Below are positions 5,000 through 8,151 of a stretch of DNA of 8,151 bases, one piece after another. A model generated the notes under the pieces. It made no database searches. It had not been told where the DNA came from and saw only the letters and a program-made list of their open reading frames with translations. Both the position numbers and the translations under genes were made by a program. Source of the stretch: a virus (taxonomy: Duplodnaviria > Heunggongvirae > Uroviricota > Caudoviricetes); the IMG/VR virus record IMGVR_UViG_2671180254_000013; one strand, written 5' to 3'. How positions within the stretch are numbered: position 1 is the first letter of the stretch; each line of letters begins with the position of its first letter.

Positions 5000-7180
5000 A
5001 TGAGCAAATTCACAGTTGATAGTTTTATCGTTGAACTTAGTTTCAGTGAAAACGTTATTAAGGGCTTGCAAAGAGTTGAAAAGGCAGCTTTGCAGTCAGC
5101 ACAAAGAATTGAACGCAATTTGAATAGAGCGTTTAAGGTCGATACCAAGCAACTTGACAGCAATCTGACAAGTTCTTTAGGGCAGCTTGAAAGGAAGTTT
5201 AATAAGACCTTTGACAAGATTGAGCAGAGAGCAAGAAGCACAAAAGCATTTCAGTTTGCCACCAGATTTAATGACACTGTTAATCCTCCAAAACAATCAA
5301 GGCAACCACGAATTAGCGGAAACAGAGCAATCACAGCAGCGCATAGCGTGAATATGTCTAAGCTTGGTGATATTAATCCGCTGATGGCTAAAATGTTTAA
5401 AGCACAGTATTACAGCTTAAGCGGTAAGGCTGGTAATATTGGAAGTGAAAAGTTTAACGCTGAACTTGCAAAATTAAATCAATCTCTTCGTGAAACGTTG
5501 AATAAACTCAGGTCACAGACAAAGACCGCCAGCATTAACAATACAAGCGACGCATTTAATAATCTTGCAAGCAATGCGATTAAATTATCTGGTGCATTTT
5601 ACTCTGTGATGGGTGCTCTTAACGCTTACAAGGCCATTATGAATGCAGGTCTTAAACGAGATTCCGCACAGAGAGCCGCTAAGTTTGTACTTGGTGATAA
5701 AGCATCTGAAGCTGAGGTATTTATTCGAAATTTAGCAGACAAGACAGGTCTTAATATCTCTGAAGGGCTATCAAGCTACGCTAAGTTTGCAGCAGGTGCT
5801 CAGGGTTCTATGTCACAGGAACAGACACAGGAGCTATTTGGTAATGCAACGGCTATGAGTCGCTTAATGGGGCTTTCTAACGATGAGCTAAACGGCATTT
5901 TGAGAGCATTTGAGCAGATGGCGAGCAAGGGCAAGATTCAGGCTGAGGAATTACGTGGGCAGTTAGGTGACCGTATGGCTGGTGCATTTAAGCTATTCGC
6001 TGAAGCATTGGGTATGACTGCTACAGAGCTTGATGCAGCCATGAAAAACGGGAAGGTACTTTCCGCTGATACTCTCCCTAAAGTCGCTAAACAGATGGGC
6101 TTGATGATTGATAAAGCGGGTGGCTGGGCTGAAGTCACTAAGAGCACTCAGACAGCTTTAGGTAAGTTAGCAAACAATTGGGATGATACGATGGTGAAAA
6201 TCTTCTCAGGTTCACAGGATGAGCTAAACGGCTTCTTATCCAGCCTGAGTAACCTGCTTAGTGAAATGGGGATGAGTTCTTCTATCGCTGGTGATGCTAT
6301 CGGTGGACTTATCGACATGCTTAAAGCTGGTGTAGATGATATTCGCGTATTCAATAACACCATTGAAGGCTGGATTTTACAGACTAAGAAGTTCTATTAC
6401 AGCCTTGATGACACTAAACGAAAACTACTTGATGAAGTCGGTGATGGTTTTATCAACTTCGTCAAAGGTCTTGCTATAGCGTTATCTGCAAAGACGCTAT
6501 TCAGTGCTACTACAGGGGTTATGAACCTGACAAGAGCAATCACAACGTTAGGTACAAGAGCTAATCAGGTGGCTGGTCAGGTAGCTACTGGTAAAGGTGG
6601 TGGAAAACTGAAAGGTGTAGCTGGTGGTGTAGGTAGTGCTCTTGCAATTGGTTATGCTGATGACGGTTATGAAACAGCGTTAGCATTAGCTTCAATGATT
6701 CCACAAATCAGAGGCGTCACTCTTGGTTTATATGCATTGAAGAAAGCACTGGATTTTATGAATCAGGAAGTAGTCAAAAACGCTAATATGCATCCGTCTG
6801 GGGTAGGTGTGGGTAGTGACTTTAATCCCGTGTATTCTGGTGACCCTAATAAACCGAATATGATTAACGAAGGATGGAGTAGAATTTTTAGTTCAATGGG
6901 TGAATTGTTTAACAATGCCACAATGAATATTGCAAGATTCAATCATCCAGAGTTAAACAACATTAAGCAAGATTCAGCATTAACGAGTGCAGATATTCAG
7001 GGTCTGAGGGATGAAATTAGTGCTTTGAGTAAGCGTATTCAGGAGCCAGTGAAAGTTTCACTTGGTGGTCAAGTTGTCGTTCGACCAGATGAACCATCTT
7101 TCTTTACTTTCAATCAATCAGCTAATGACCAGTTCACGCAGGATATGCTCTTAAGTTCAAGCTATCCAGAGGAAGAATGA
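5000..7180 (+). CDS. Phage tail tape measure protein (726 aa)
   Basis: ATG at 5000 preceded by AGAGGTGA with ~6-nt spacer. Alpha-helical, coiled-coil-like N-terminus. Central segment EELRGQLGDRMAGAFKLFAEALGMTATELDAAMKNGKVLSADTLPKVAKQMG matches the conserved tape-measure domain pattern of lambda-H-like proteins. Gly/Ala-rich hydrophobic segment (AGQVATGKGGGKLKGVAGGVGSALAIGY...LALASMIPQIRGVTLGLYAL) near the C-terminus is typical of tape measure proteins. No obvious lysozyme or peptidase motif. Confidence 0.75.
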   Translation: MSKFTVDSFIVELSFSENVIKGLQRVEKAALQSAQRIERNLNRAFKVDTKQLDSNLTSSLGQLERKFNKTFDKIEQRARSTKAFQFATRFNDTVNPPKQSRQPRISGNRAITAAHSVNMSKLGDINPLMAKMFKAQYYSLSGKAGNIGSEKFNAELAKLNQSLRETLNKLRSQTKTASINNTSDAFNNLASNAIKLSGAFYSVMGALNAYKAIMNAGLKRDSAQRAAKFVLGDKASEAEVFIRNLADKTGLNISEGLSSYAKFAAGAQGSMSQEQTQELFGNATAMSRLMGLSNDELNGILRAFEQMASKGKIQAEELRGQLGDRMAGAFKLFAEALGMTATELDAAMKNGKVLSADTLPKVAKQMGLMIDKAGGWAEVTKSTQTALGKLANNWDDTMVKIFSGSQDELNGFLSSLSNLLSEMGMSSSIAGDAIGGLIDMLKAGVDDIRVFNNTIEGWILQTKKFYYSLDDTKRKLLDEVGDGFINFVKGLAIALSAKTLFSATTGVMNLTRAITTLGTRANQVAGQVATGKGGGKLKGVAGGVGSALAIGYADDGYETALALASMIPQIRGVTLGLYALKKALDFMNQEVVKNANMHPSGVGVGSDFNPVYSGDPNKPNMINEGWSRIFSSMGELFNNATMNIARFNHPELNNIKQDSALTSADIQGLRDEISALSKRIQEPVKVSLGGQVVVRPDEPSFFTFNQSANDQFTQDMLLSSSYPEEE

Positions 7181-7192
7181 TTTAACGGTGTT

Positions 7193-8081
<889 letters not shown>

Positions 8082-8151
8082 TTTGGCATCCATCTCCGAT
8101 CACAGTTTGGCATCACAATCGATCACGATTTGGCATACTTCCGATCATTGA

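Noticed and set aside
4886-6363. Minus-strand ORFs 4886-5071, 4981-5241, 5938-6147, 6148-6363
   Set aside because: Antisense to the 68-aa gene or the tape measure gene, which are well supported by SD and protein features; no independent evidence.

Overview
AT-rich (roughly 35-40% GC by eye), densely packed window with almost all genes on the + strand, most with Shine-Dalgarno sites and several overlapping start/stop junctions (TAATG, TGATG). This reads like part of a phage or phage-derived mobile element, not core chromosome. Left to right: (1) a 5'-truncated ORF running in from the left edge whose C-terminus carries a helix-turn-helix resembling the DNA-binding tail of small serine recombinases, in a slightly GC-richer stretch; (2) an AT-rich intergenic region with a 10-bp perfect inverted repeat; (3) a gene with a winged-helix N-terminus (HTH_36 / replisome-organizer-like) and an acidic low-complexity tail, interrupted by two N runs (1101-1353, 1642-1904), so its interior and true end are not verifiable; (4) a block of small genes of unknown function: a ribbon-helix-helix-like protein (apparently two RHH motifs in one chain) translationally coupled to two ~70-aa proteins, then a 101-aa protein coupled to a 25-aa hydrophobic peptide; (5) a ~400-nt non-coding region with a promoter-like element, a palindrome and mutually exclusive hairpins; (6) a 236-aa coiled-coil-rich protein and a 68-aa basic protein; (7) a 726-aa protein with the hallmarks of a phage tail tape measure protein; (8) a downstream gene that appears split by a +1 frameshift; (9) an array of at least five ~23-bp GATC-containing direct repeats (iterons) running off the right edge. 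No rRNA, tRNA or CRISPR array was found. All functional calls are from reading the translations by eye; no database search was possible. The best candidates for an undescribed accessory system are the small-gene block at 2306-3561 and its adjacent structured non-coding region, but I cannot assign them a function from sequence alone.
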